Shown here: positions 8,892 through 17,220 of the stretch, piece by piece
Layout: the number at the start of each line of letters is the position of its first letter
Position numbering within the stretch: position 1 is the stretch's first letter
Translations under genes and position numbers: made by a program
The notes under the pieces: generated by a model
What the model was told of the DNA's origin: nothing
Databases searched by the model: none
The model's input: the letters and a program-made list of their open reading frames with translations, nothing else
Assembly: GCA_963810035.1 (NCBI GenBank)
Contig: CAWEMA010000007.1
Span: 78,317 to 142,316 of the forward strand
Origin: an uncultured Actinomycetota bacterium
GTDB lineage: Bacteria > Actinomycetota > Actinomycetes > Propionibacteriales > Nocardioidaceae
Reading direction: 5' to 3'
DNA: 64,000 bases

Positions 8892-9553
8892 CGGTCCCCG
8901 AGCAGGTCGGCCAGCGCGCGCTCGAGACCGGTGTGGCCGGTCTCCACGACGACCAGCGGCAGCCCGATCCGGGCGGCCGCCTGCTCGGCCAGGGCCCGCA
9001 GCTCGTCGTCGGGCTGCTGGGCCAGCCAGACCATCCGCGTGTAGTGCGCGAAGTAGTCGTCGCGCAGCTCCGGGTAGCGGTCCAGGCCCAGCTCCGCGAC
9101 CACGGTGCGGTTGAACGAGCGGACCAGGAAGTCGGTGAGCACGTAGGTGCCGGGCTCTGCCTCGAACATCGCGGCGAGCCGGTCGGCGCCGCCGTACACG
9201 TCGTAGCAGTGCAGGCCGGCGAGCCGGCCGAGACCGCGACGGTCGCAGACCTCGTCCAGGACGCCGTAGGTGCCGCAGTCGGCGTACCCGACCGCGACGG
9301 TGTCGTAGCGCTCCTGCAGGTCGGCCGCGAGCCGGTCCACCTCGCCGGCGATCCGCGCCGGGTGGTTGTGCAGCAGCGGTGGCAGCGGGTGTACGTCGAC
9401 GGGCCAGCCGCGCCGCTCCACCACCTGTGCGCAGGGGGCCGCGATCGCCCCGCACGCGATCAGGGCGACGCGTGCCCGGGGACGCTCAGCCGGGGAAGGC
9501 GAGGAGGTCGACGAACCGGTCGTTGAAGTCGGCGCGGTCGGAGAGCTCGACAT
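8855..9553 (-). CDS. DUF1638 family protein (partner of corrinoid systems)
   Basis: LIACGA, LHNHP, GYADCGTYG, HCYD, TYVLTDF, YFAHY. Start is uncertain; overlaps both neighbours. Confidence 0.8.
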   Translation of the reverse strand: MSSSPTAPTSTTGSSTSSPSPAERPRARVALIACGAIAAPCAQVVERRGWPVDVHPLPPLLHNHPARIAGEVDRLAADLQERYDTVAVGYADCGTYGVLDEVCDRRGLGRLAGLHCYDVYGGADRLAAMFEAEPGTYVLTDFLVRSFNRTVVAELGLDRYPELRDDYFAHYTRMVWLAQQPDDELRALAEQAAARIGLPLVVVETGHTGLERALADLLGDRYIPNAPSTVST

Positions 9554-11426
9554 ACTCCACCTCCTCCAGGAGCGCCAGGGCGCCGGCGCGCTCGCGCACG
9601 CTGAGCAGGCTCATCTTCGCGCCCTCACCGGCGACGTTGCCCGCCGAGACGATCCGGAGCACCGGGATCTTCGGCACCAGGCCGATACGCACGGCGGCCG
9701 CGGGGGAGAGGTAGCTGCCGAAGGAGCCGGCGAGCAGCACCTGCTGCACGTCGGAGTGCTCGAGGCCGAGCTGCTCGAGCAGCAGGGTCCAGCCGGTGGC
9801 GATCGCGCCCTTGGCGAACTGCAGCTCGCGGACGTCTCGCTGGGAGAGGTACACCGACTCCTCGGGCGGCGAGCCGGGCTCCGGACGGTGCAGGACGAAG
9901 ACCCGCTCCTGGCCGATGCTGGTCAGCCGGTCGGCGACCTGCGGGGCGATCTCGAGCGCCCGCTCGTCGGTGACGAACCGGCCGCTGGCGTCGAGCAGGC
10001 CGGCGCGGACCAGCTCGGAGACCACGTCGACGAGGCCGGAGCCGCACAGGCCCTGCGGCTCGACGTCGCCGATCACCTCCAGGTGCACGCCGGCCTCGTC
10101 GATCCGGACGACCTCGACGGCGCCGTCGGCCGCGCGCATGCCGCAGCGGATCGCGCCGCCCTCGAACGCCGGGCCGGCCGGGGCCGCGGTGGACACGATG
10201 GTGTCGCCGTCGCTGAGCACGATCTCGCAGTTGGTGCCGACGTCGATGAACAGCCGGGTGCGCTTGTCGCGGTCCATGCCGGTGGCCAGCATCCCCGAGA
10301 CGATGTCGCCCCCGACGTACGCACCGAGCGCCGGGAACAGCACGGCCCGGGCGCGCGGGTGCAGCGACAGGCCGAGGTCGGAGGCGAGCAGGGTGGGCAG
10401 GGTGGTGGTGGACATGACGAACGGCGCGACGCCGATCGGCTCGGGGTCGATGCCGAGCACCAGTGCGGTCATGGTGGCGTTGCCGGCGAGGGCGACCTCG
10501 TAGACCTCGTGCGGCTCCACGCCCGCCTCGTCGAGCACGTTGCCGGTCAGCTCGGCCAGGGTCGCCTGCGCGAGCTCGCGGAGCCGGTCCGCGGCGAGCG
10601 GGTCCAACATGGTGGCGCTGATCCGGGTGATCACGTCGCCGCCGAACGGTTGCTGCTTGTTGAGCATCGAGGCGACCGCCGCCGGGGTGCCGGTGGCGGT
10701 GTCGACCAGGGTCGCGACCACGGTGGTGGTGCCGAGGTCGAAGGCGATCGCGAACCGCCGCTGCGTGGTGTCCCCGGGCTCCACGTCGATGAGGGCCTCG
10801 TCGACGACGACCGCGGTCACCTTGAAGTCGGCCTGGCGCAGCACGTGCGGCAGCCGGCGCAGCACGTGCAGGTCGGGGGTGAGCTCGAGGTCCTCGATCG
10901 CGTCCTGGACCCGCTGCAGGTCGGTGCGCTGGTCGGACAGGGTCGGCTCGGTGAGCTCGACGTACCGCTTCTGCACCGCCGGGCGCAGGATGACCTGGCG
11001 TCCGACGCCGAGCGTGGCGGCCTTCGGGCGGGTCGTCAGCGGCGGCACCTCGACCTTGAGGTCCTGGGTCGCCTGGGCCAGGCAGGCCAGCCGCCAGCCG
11101 GCGTCGAGCTGCTCGGCGGTGAAGGAGCGTACGTCGAGCCGGTGGATCGGCACGCTGCCGTCGAGGACCTGCACCTTGCACTTCTTGCAGGTGCCGTGCC
11201 CGCCGCAGGTGGAGTCGATCGCGATGCCGTTCCAGCTGGCCGCGTCGAACACGCTGACGCCGGGCGGCACCCGGACGTCGCGGCCCGACGGCGTGAAGGA
11301 CAGCTGCACCCGGCCGGCGCCGTCGTGCGGGGGCAGCCCGGGCCCGTCGGGCCGGTCCAGGAGGCCTTCCCTGCGCAGGTCGTCGACCTCGACCTCGGGC
11401 GGTTGCGTCAGCGGCATCTCGTTCAT
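9486..11426 (-). CDS. ATP-dependent reductive activator of corrinoid proteins (2Fe-2S + ASKHA domain; RamA/RACo-like)
   Basis: CGGHGTCKKC and LAC ferredoxin cysteines; FDLGTTT, GGDVITRI, DVGTNCE, GPAFEG, LCGSGL, LAGSFGS. ATGA overlap with the upstream gene. Confidence 0.92.
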   Translation of the reverse strand: MNEMPLTQPPEVEVDDLRREGLLDRPDGPGLPPHDGAGRVQLSFTPSGRDVRVPPGVSVFDAASWNGIAIDSTCGGHGTCKKCKVQVLDGSVPIHRLDVRSFTAEQLDAGWRLACLAQATQDLKVEVPPLTTRPKAATLGVGRQVILRPAVQKRYVELTEPTLSDQRTDLQRVQDAIEDLELTPDLHVLRRLPHVLRQADFKVTAVVVDEALIDVEPGDTTQRRFAIAFDLGTTTVVATLVDTATGTPAAVASMLNKQQPFGGDVITRISATMLDPLAADRLRELAQATLAELTGNVLDEAGVEPHEVYEVALAGNATMTALVLGIDPEPIGVAPFVMSTTTLPTLLASDLGLSLHPRARAVLFPALGAYVGGDIVSGMLATGMDRDKRTRLFIDVGTNCEIVLSDGDTIVSTAAPAGPAFEGGAIRCGMRAADGAVEVVRIDEAGVHLEVIGDVEPQGLCGSGLVDVVSELVRAGLLDASGRFVTDERALEIAPQVADRLTSIGQERVFVLHRPEPGSPPEESVYLSQRDVRELQFAKGAIATGWTLLLEQLGLEHSDVQQVLLAGSFGSYLSPAAAVRIGLVPKIPVLRIVSAGNVAGEGAKMSLLSVRERAGALALLEEVEYVELSDRADFNDRFVDLLAFPG

Positions 11427-12301
11427 CCTGCGGCGGCAGCCTGCTTCTTGCGGTGAGCGGCGATCCAGCTGCCACCCCACTCGTCGTGCCCGAGCAGCAG
11501 GTCGGCGGCCTTGACCGCGCCGACGATCTGGGGGCTGCGGGTGTCCATGATCGCGCTGGTGAGACCCGCGGTCATCGCCATCGGCAGGAACGTCGCACCG
11601 AGGGTGTGCCGGTCGGGCATCCCGAAGGACACGTTGGACGCGCCGCAGGTCATGTTGAGGCCGTGCACCTCGCGGATCCGGCGCATCGTCTCGAGCGTGG
11701 TGCTGACCACCGAGGTGTCGGCGCCGATCGGCATCGCGAGCGGGTCGATCACGATGTCCTGCTTGGCGATGCCGTACTCCCCGGTCGCGACGTCCACGAT
11801 GTGCTGGACCAGCTCGAGGCGGCGGTCCGCCTCCATCGGGATCTCCTCCGCGTCGTTCGGCAGCGCGATGATCGCCGCGCCGTACTTCTTGACCAGCGGC
11901 AGGATCAGCGCCATCCGATCGTCCTCGGCGGTGACCGAGTTGACCAGCGCCCGGCCCTGGTAGACGGCGAGGCCGGCCTCGAGCGCCTCGACGACCGAGG
12001 AGTCGATGCACACCGGCTTGTCGGTGAGCCCCTGCACGAGGGTGATCGCCTGGGCGAGCAGCTCGGGCTCGTCGGTCATCGGCACGCCCATGTTGACGTC
12101 GAGGACGTCGGCGCCCCCCTCGACCTGCGCGATGACGTCGCGCTCGACCGCCGACAGGTCCCCGGCGCGCAGCTGCTCCTGGAAGATCCGGCGGCCGGTC
12201 GGGTTGATCCGCTCGCCGATCAGGCAGAAGCGGCGACCGTGCCCGATCACCACCTCGGCGGTGGCGGAGCGCAGCGTGGTCTCGAGAAGCTCGGCGCTCA
12301 T
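11423..12301 (-). CDS. Pterin-binding methyltetrahydrofolate:corrinoid methyltransferase
   Basis: IGERINPTGR, LDVNMG, CIDSS, LVNSV, IDPL, GASNVSFGMP, AIMD. Confidence 0.9.
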   Translation of the reverse strand: MSAELLETTLRSATAEVVIGHGRRFCLIGERINPTGRRIFQEQLRAGDLSAVERDVIAQVEGGADVLDVNMGVPMTDEPELLAQAITLVQGLTDKPVCIDSSVVEALEAGLAVYQGRALVNSVTAEDDRMALILPLVKKYGAAIIALPNDAEEIPMEADRRLELVQHIVDVATGEYGIAKQDIVIDPLAMPIGADTSVVSTTLETMRRIREVHGLNMTCGASNVSFGMPDRHTLGATFLPMAMTAGLTSAIMDTRSPQIVGAVKAADLLLGHDEWGGSWIAAHRKKQAAAAG

Positions 12302-12963
12302 GCGGTCACCAGCGCCCGCTTCTTGCCCAGCAGGTCCTTGGCGCGCTTGACGGTCGCGGACGCGTCGGGCGCGTAGCCGTCGGCGCCGACCGCGTCGGCG
12401 TACTCCTGGGTGACCGGTGCGCCACCGACCATCACGATCACCTGGTCGCGCAGCCCGGCCTTCTCGAGCGCGTTCAGGTTGGCCTTGAACATCGGCATGG
12501 TGGTGGTGAGGAACGCCGAGAAGCCGACGATGTCGGGCTGGTGCTCGATGATCTTCTCCACGAACTTCTCCGGTGCGACCTGCACGCCGAGGTCGATCAC
12601 CTCGAAGCCGGCGCCCTCGAGCATGATGTTGACGAGGTTCTTGCCGATGTCGTGCACGTCGCCCTTGACGGTGCCCATCAGGAACTTCCCGACGGTCTCC
12701 ACGCCGGTGTCGGCGAGCAGCGGGCGCAGCACCTCCATGGCGCCGGCCATCGCGCGCCCGGCGATCAGCATCTCCGGGACGAAGAAGTCGCCGCGCTCGA
12801 AGCGCGCCCCGACCTCCTCGAGTGAGGGGATCAGCGCGTCGAACAGCAGGGTCTGCGGTTCCATCTGCATCTCGAGGGCCCGATGGGTCAGGTCGAGCAC
12901 CTCGGGTGCGTTGCCGGTCAGCGTCTCGTCGTAGAGCCGCTGAAGGATCTCCTCGGGTGTCAT
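12298..12963 (-). CDS. Corrinoid (B12-binding) protein
   Basis: Cap domain followed by GTVKGDVHDIGKNLV (DxHxxG), SAFLTTTM, VGGAP, GADGY. Confidence 0.95.
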   Translation of the reverse strand: MTPEEILQRLYDETLTGNAPEVLDLTHRALEMQMEPQTLLFDALIPSLEEVGARFERGDFFVPEMLIAGRAMAGAMEVLRPLLADTGVETVGKFLMGTVKGDVHDIGKNLVNIMLEGAGFEVIDLGVQVAPEKFVEKIIEHQPDIVGFSAFLTTTMPMFKANLNALEKAGLRDQVIVMVGGAPVTQEYADAVGADGYAPDASATVKRAKDLLGKKRALVTA

Positions 12964-13802
12964 GCCGCGCCCTCCTTGGTGGTGCTGTCGGTGCTCCCGG
13001 AGCGGTCAGCGCCTCTGGAGCTTCCGGCCCGGTCAGGGCTCTCGGAGCCGTGCCGGGTCCGGCGGTGAAGCAGCGCCGACAGGGTGTCGGCCTGCTCGAT
13101 CAGGAGCCGACCGATGCGATCGACCCGGTCCTGGAGCCGGGCGGTGGGCCCGGAGATGCCGAGGGCGGCGAAGACGCCGTCCCTGCCCTCGACGGCGGCG
13201 GCGATACCGGTCAGCCCGGTCTCGAGCTCGTCCACGGTGACCGCGAAGCGGCGACGGCGCACGGAGGCCAGCTCGGTGGCCAGCGCGTCCCGGGTGGGCA
13301 CGGTCCGGTCGGTGCGGCGCTCGAGCCGGCCGGCCGGCAGCGGCAGGCGGTCGAAGGCGTAGAGCACCTTGCCCAGCGCGGAGCAGTGCGGGGGTACGTC
13401 GACCTGGTTCCAGTCGCGGGCCGAGAGCAGGTAGGTCGACTCGACCTGCGCGATGTGGACGACGTCCGTGCCGCGCGCGACGCCGAGGTGCACCGTCTCG
13501 CCGGTCTCGGCGCCGACGGTCTCCAGGACCGGACGGGCGAGCCGGGCGATCTGCGGCCAGGGGTCGTGCAGCGCGGCGTGCAGCGCGAACAGCGGCCCGG
13601 CGACGTACCCGCCGCCGGCGTCCCGCTCGATCAGCTCGGTGCGCTCCAGGGCGGCGAGCAGTCGCGAGGTGGTGGAACGGGCCAGGCCGGTCTCGTCGCT
13701 GAGCTCGGTGAAGCTGAGCGGCTCGTCGGCTCGCACCACCAGGTCGACGAGCGCTGCGGCGCGATCGACCGCCTGCGTGCCCGCCGGTGGAGTGTTGCTC
13801 AT
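12960..13802 (-). CDS. IclR-family transcriptional regulator (regulator 1; first gene of the corrinoid operon)
   Basis: QAVDRA HTH, GETVHLG, CSALGK, ELETGLTGIAA, ALGISGP. Confidence 0.92.
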   Translation of the reverse strand: MSNTPPAGTQAVDRAAALVDLVVRADEPLSFTELSDETGLARSTTSRLLAALERTELIERDAGGGYVAGPLFALHAALHDPWPQIARLARPVLETVGAETGETVHLGVARGTDVVHIAQVESTYLLSARDWNQVDVPPHCSALGKVLYAFDRLPLPAGRLERRTDRTVPTRDALATELASVRRRRFAVTVDELETGLTGIAAAVEGRDGVFAALGISGPTARLQDRVDRIGRLLIEQADTLSALLHRRTRHGSESPDRAGSSRGADRSGSTDSTTKEGAA

Positions 13803-13824
13803 CGGGACCTCGTGTTACGTGCCT

Positions 13825-13861
13825 GTTTCATCATATGGAACCGACTTCCACATGATGAGGC
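13825..13861. promoter_or_regulatory. Paired palindromic operator between divergent iclR1 and mttB
   Basis: GTTTCATCATATGGAAC (13825-13841) and CTTCCACATGATGAGGC (13845-13861). TCATCATATGGAA and TTCCACATGATGA form a 12/13 inverted repeat. It covers minus-strand TATGAT (13830-13835) and abuts plus-strand TAGGAT (13862-13867). Confidence 0.7.
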
Positions 13862-13921
13862 TAGGATGCCGACCAGCGCCGGTCAAGGAGAACCGCCCAA
13901 GTTCCTGTGCAGGAGGTCGGA

Positions 13922-15361
13922 ATGTTTCGCAACACGATGCCGAGGTACGAGATCCTCTCCGAGGACGCGATGGCCAAGCTCGACGCGGGCTGGCGTCGGC
14001 TGGTCACCGAGATCGGTGTCGAGTTCGACAGTGAGCGCGCGCTCGAGCTGTTCCGGCAGGCCGGCCAGCGGGTCGAGGACAAGACCGTCTACCTCGACCC
14101 CGAGTTCGTCCTCGCGCAGGTGGCCAAGGCCCCGCGCGAGTTCGACGTCCAGGCCCGCAACCCCGAGCACAACATCCACATCGGCGGCGACGCGATGGCG
14201 TTCGGCGCGGTCTACGGGCCGCCGTTCGTGCGCGAGGGTGACGTCCGCCGCGACGCGACCATGAACGACTTCGAGCGGTTCACCAAGCTCGCCCAGACCT
14301 TCCCGGTGCTCGACTCGGCGGGCGGTGTGATCTGCGAGCCCAACGACACACCGCTCGACTCGCGGCACCTCGACATGACCTACGCGCTGCAGACGCTGAC
14401 CGACAAGGTCTACATGGGCAACGTGGTCTCCGGCGTGAACGCCCGCGACACCATCGCGATGGGGGAGATCCTGTTCGGTGGCCGCGAGGCGATCGAGCAG
14501 ACCCCGGTCTCGATCTCGTTGATCAACTGCAACTCGCCGCTGCACTGGGACGGGCGGATGCTCGAGTCGCTCTTCGAGTACACCCTGGCCGGGCAGCCGT
14601 GCGTGGTGACGCCGTTCATCCTGATGGGCGCGATGTCCCCGGTGACGATCCCGGCTGCGCTCGTGCAGCAGATGGCCGAGGCGCTCTCCGGCATCGCGCT
14701 CACGCAGCTGGTCCGACCCGGTGCGCCGGTCATCTTCGGGTCGTTCCTGTCCAACATCGACATGCAGTCCGGGTCGCCGACGTTCGGCACGCCGGAGTCG
14801 GGCATCGGCCTGCTGTGCACCGGCCAGATCGCCCGGCACTTCGGCCTTCCGTTCCGTTCCGGCGGCGGGCTCACCTCGTCGCAGGTCGCGGACGCCCAGG
14901 CGGGCTACGAGGCCCTGATGACGATGCTGCCGACGTTCCTCGCCGGGGCCAACTGGGTGATGCACTCGGCCGGCTGGCTCGAGGGCGGCCTGGTCGCGGG
15001 CTTCGAGAAGTTCATCGTCGACGTGGAGATCCTGCAGATGCTGCGGGCGGAGTTCACCCCGCTCGAGATCGACGAGGACTCGCTCGCGTTCGGCGCGCAC
15101 CTGGAGGTCGGCCACGGCGGGCACTTCCTCGGGGCGATGCACACGATGGAGCGCTTCCGCACCTGCTTCTACCGCCCGATGCTCTCCTCCTCGGACAACT
15201 ACGAGCGGTGGATGCGCAACGGCGGCCTCGACGCCAACGCCCGCGCGACGAAGATCTACCAGGCCAAGCTCGAGGAGTATGTCGCCCCGCCGCTCGACGA
15301 CGCCGTGCGGGCCGAGCTGCAGGAGTACGTCGTACGCCGCCGCCGCGAGCTGGGCGACTGA
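13922..15361 (+). CDS. MttB-superfamily non-pyrrolysine methyltransferase (MtgB-like; quaternary-amine substrate likely)
   Basis: NSPLHWD, GAMSPVT, DMQSGSPTFGTPE, RSGGGLTSSQVADAQAGYE, HSAGWLEGG, VGHGGHFLG; RBS AGGAGG; no in-frame TAG. Confidence 0.9.
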   Translation: MFRNTMPRYEILSEDAMAKLDAGWRRLVTEIGVEFDSERALELFRQAGQRVEDKTVYLDPEFVLAQVAKAPREFDVQARNPEHNIHIGGDAMAFGAVYGPPFVREGDVRRDATMNDFERFTKLAQTFPVLDSAGGVICEPNDTPLDSRHLDMTYALQTLTDKVYMGNVVSGVNARDTIAMGEILFGGREAIEQTPVSISLINCNSPLHWDGRMLESLFEYTLAGQPCVVTPFILMGAMSPVTIPAALVQQMAEALSGIALTQLVRPGAPVIFGSFLSNIDMQSGSPTFGTPESGIGLLCTGQIARHFGLPFRSGGGLTSSQVADAQAGYEALMTMLPTFLAGANWVMHSAGWLEGGLVAGFEKFIVDVEILQMLRAEFTPLEIDEDSLAFGAHLEVGHGGHFLGAMHTMERFRTCFYRPMLSSSDNYERWMRNGGLDANARATKIYQAKLEEYVAPPLDDAVRAELQEYVVRRRRELGD

Positions 15362-15366
15362 CCGGG

Positions 15367-16248
15367 CTAGCGGAACACGACCGTCTTGTGACCGTTGAGC
15401 AGCACCCGGGACTCGGAGTGCCAGCGCACGGCCCGGGACAGCACCTGGCTCTCCACGTCGCGGCCGGCGGCGGCGAGCTCGGCGGCGTCGTACGTGTGGT
15501 CCACCCGCATCACGTCCTGCTCGATGATCGGGCCCTCGTCGAGGTCGGCGGTCACGTAGTGCGCGGTGGCGCCGACCAGCTTCACGCCCCGGTCGAACGC
15601 CTGGTGGTAGGGCTTGGCGCCCTTGAAGCTGGGCAGGAACGAGTGGTGGATGTTGATCGCCCGCCCGGCCAGCGCCCGGCAGGTGTCGTCGGAGAGCACC
15701 TGCATGTAGCGCGCGAGCACCACCAGGTCGATGCGCTCGGACTCGACGAGCGCGAGCATCTGCGCCTCGGCCTCCGCCTTCGTGTCGGCCGTGACCGGGA
15801 TGTGGTGGTAGGGCACGCCGTAGGACTTCGTCAGCGCCTCGCAGTCGGGGTGGTTCGAGACCACGCCGACCACGTCGATCTGCAGCGAGCCGCTGCTCCA
15901 CCGGAACAGCAGGTCGTTGAGGCAGTGGCTGAACTTCGAGACCAGGATCAGCGTGCGGTACGGCGTGGTCGCCTGCCAGAGCTCCCAGGCCATGCCCCAC
16001 CGCTCGGCCACCGGGGCGAACGCCGCGCGCAGCGACTCCAGGGCGTCGGTCGAAGCCGGCCCCTCGACGGCGAACTTCACCCGCATGAAGAACCGGTCCT
16101 CGGCGAGGTCGCCGAACTGCTGGCTCTCCAGGATGTTGCCGCCCTGCTCGACGAGCAGCCCGCTGACGGCGTGCACGATGCCGGCGCGGTCGGGGCAGAC
16201 GAGGGTGAGGACGTACGTCGCCGGGGCGGCGGCCTGCGGATCGGTCAT
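15367..16248 (-). CDS. purU: Formyltetrahydrofolate deformylase
   Basis: ACT domain CPDRAGIV, VSKFSHCLNDLL, LARYMQVLS, INIHHSFLPSFKGAKPYHQA, GPIIEQDV. Confidence 0.95.
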   Translation of the reverse strand: MTDPQAAAPATYVLTLVCPDRAGIVHAVSGLLVEQGGNILESQQFGDLAEDRFFMRVKFAVEGPASTDALESLRAAFAPVAERWGMAWELWQATTPYRTLILVSKFSHCLNDLLFRWSSGSLQIDVVGVVSNHPDCEALTKSYGVPYHHIPVTADTKAEAEAQMLALVESERIDLVVLARYMQVLSDDTCRALAGRAINIHHSFLPSFKGAKPYHQAFDRGVKLVGATAHYVTADLDEGPIIEQDVMRVDHTYDAAELAAAGRDVESQVLSRAVRWHSESRVLLNGHKTVVFR

Positions 16249-16271
16249 GGCGTTCCTTGGACTCGTGTGCG

Positions 16272-16307
16272 GTTGCGTCAACGGAAACACATTCTGTGAT
16301 ACGCAAC
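16272..16307. promoter_or_regulatory. Tandem operator pair between divergent purU and iclR2
   Basis: GTTGCGTCAACGGAAAC (16272-16288) and ATTCTGTGATACGCAAC (16291-16307), 19-bp period. Confidence 0.7.
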
Positions 16308-16329
16308 ACGACTGCGCTACCGTCAGGTC

Positions 16330-17127
16330 ATGGGGAACGGCAGGGAGAGTGGTGCGATGACCCCCGGCGACACTCCGGCCTCTGTCCAGTCGGTGGACCG
16401 GGCCCTCACCATCCTCGGCATCCTCGCGCGGCTCGGTGAGGCCGGAGTCACCGAGATCGCCGGCGAGCTCGGCGTCCACAAGAGCACCGCGTTCCGGCTG
16501 GTCGCGACGCTGGAGTCCCACGGCATGGTCGAGCAGAACGACGAGCGCGGCAAGTACCGCCTCGGCGTGGGCGTGCTCCGGCTCGCCGGCGCGACCACCG
16601 CCCGGCTCGACGTGGTGCAGGAGGCCCGGCCGATCTGCCGCAAGCTCGCCGCCGACTCGGGGGAGACCGTCAACATCGCGGTGCTCTCCGACCGGTCCGC
16701 GCTCTACCTCGACCAGGTCGCCGGCCAGTCCGCGCTGCAGTCCCACAACTGGGTCGGCCAGCACATCCCGCTGCACGCCACGTCCAACGGCAAGGTGCTG
16801 CTCAGCGGTCTGTCGCCCGACGAGATCGACAACCGGCTGCCCCGGCTGCCCTCCTACACCGCGGAGACGGTCACCACCAAGGCCAAGCTGCGCCGCGAGC
16901 TCACCGAGGTGCGCGAGCAGGGGTACGCCGTCGCGGTGGACGAGCTCGAGGTCGGGCTGACCGCTATCGCCGCACCCATCCGGAACGCGCACGGGGACGT
17001 GATCGCCTCGCTCAGCGTGTCCGGGCCGACGTTCCGGCTGGCGGAGCCGCGGGTGAAGGAGCTGATCCCGGTGGTGCAGGATGCGGCTGACGAGGTCTCG
17101 CGTCGACTTGGTTTCGGAACGGCGTGA
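16330..17127 (+). CDS. IclR-family transcriptional regulator (regulator 2)
   Basis: VQSVDRAL, VHKSTAFRL, GETVNIAV, HATSNGKVLL, ELEVGLTAIAAP. TACCGT (16318-16323) lies 6 nt before ATG 16330, suggesting a leaderless start; alternative start 16357. Confidence 0.92.
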   Translation: MGNGRESGAMTPGDTPASVQSVDRALTILGILARLGEAGVTEIAGELGVHKSTAFRLVATLESHGMVEQNDERGKYRLGVGVLRLAGATTARLDVVQEARPICRKLAADSGETVNIAVLSDRSALYLDQVAGQSALQSHNWVGQHIPLHATSNGKVLLSGLSPDEIDNRLPRLPSYTAETVTTKAKLRRELTEVREQGYAVAVDELEVGLTAIAAPIRNAHGDVIASLSVSGPTFRLAEPRVKELIPVVQDAADEVSRRLGFGTA

Positions 17128-17131
17128 GCGC

Positions 17132-17196
17132 TTGACGGAGAAACCCTGACCCGCAATCCTGTTGCGTGTAGCACACGGAGTTGCGACATACGCAAC
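17132..17196 (+). promoter_or_regulatory. betB operon promoter (TTGACG-N17-AATCCT) and tandem operator pair
   Basis: GTTGCGTGTAGCACACG (17161-17177) and GTTGCGACATACGCAAC (17180-17196). Confidence 0.75.
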
Positions 17197-17220
17197 GCTT
17201 CCGGCTGATCGGACATTCCA

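Noticed and set aside
11402-11418. GTTGCGTCAG half-site resembling the island operator
   Set aside because: It lies inside the ASKHA coding region, has no right arm and no partner 19 bp away.
11427-12011. N-terminal extension of the ASKHA ORF in the ORF track (841 aa)
   Set aside because: It overlaps the pterin methyltransferase gene; ATG 11426 gives a standard ATGA coupling.
13803-13921. Cobalamin riboswitch upstream of the corrinoid genes
   Set aside because: The region is only 119 bp, is occupied by promoters and operators, and has no B12-box-like sequence.
13922-15361. Pyrrolysine recoding in the MttB homolog
   Set aside because: No in-frame TAG and no pyl genes or tRNA-Pyl in the window.
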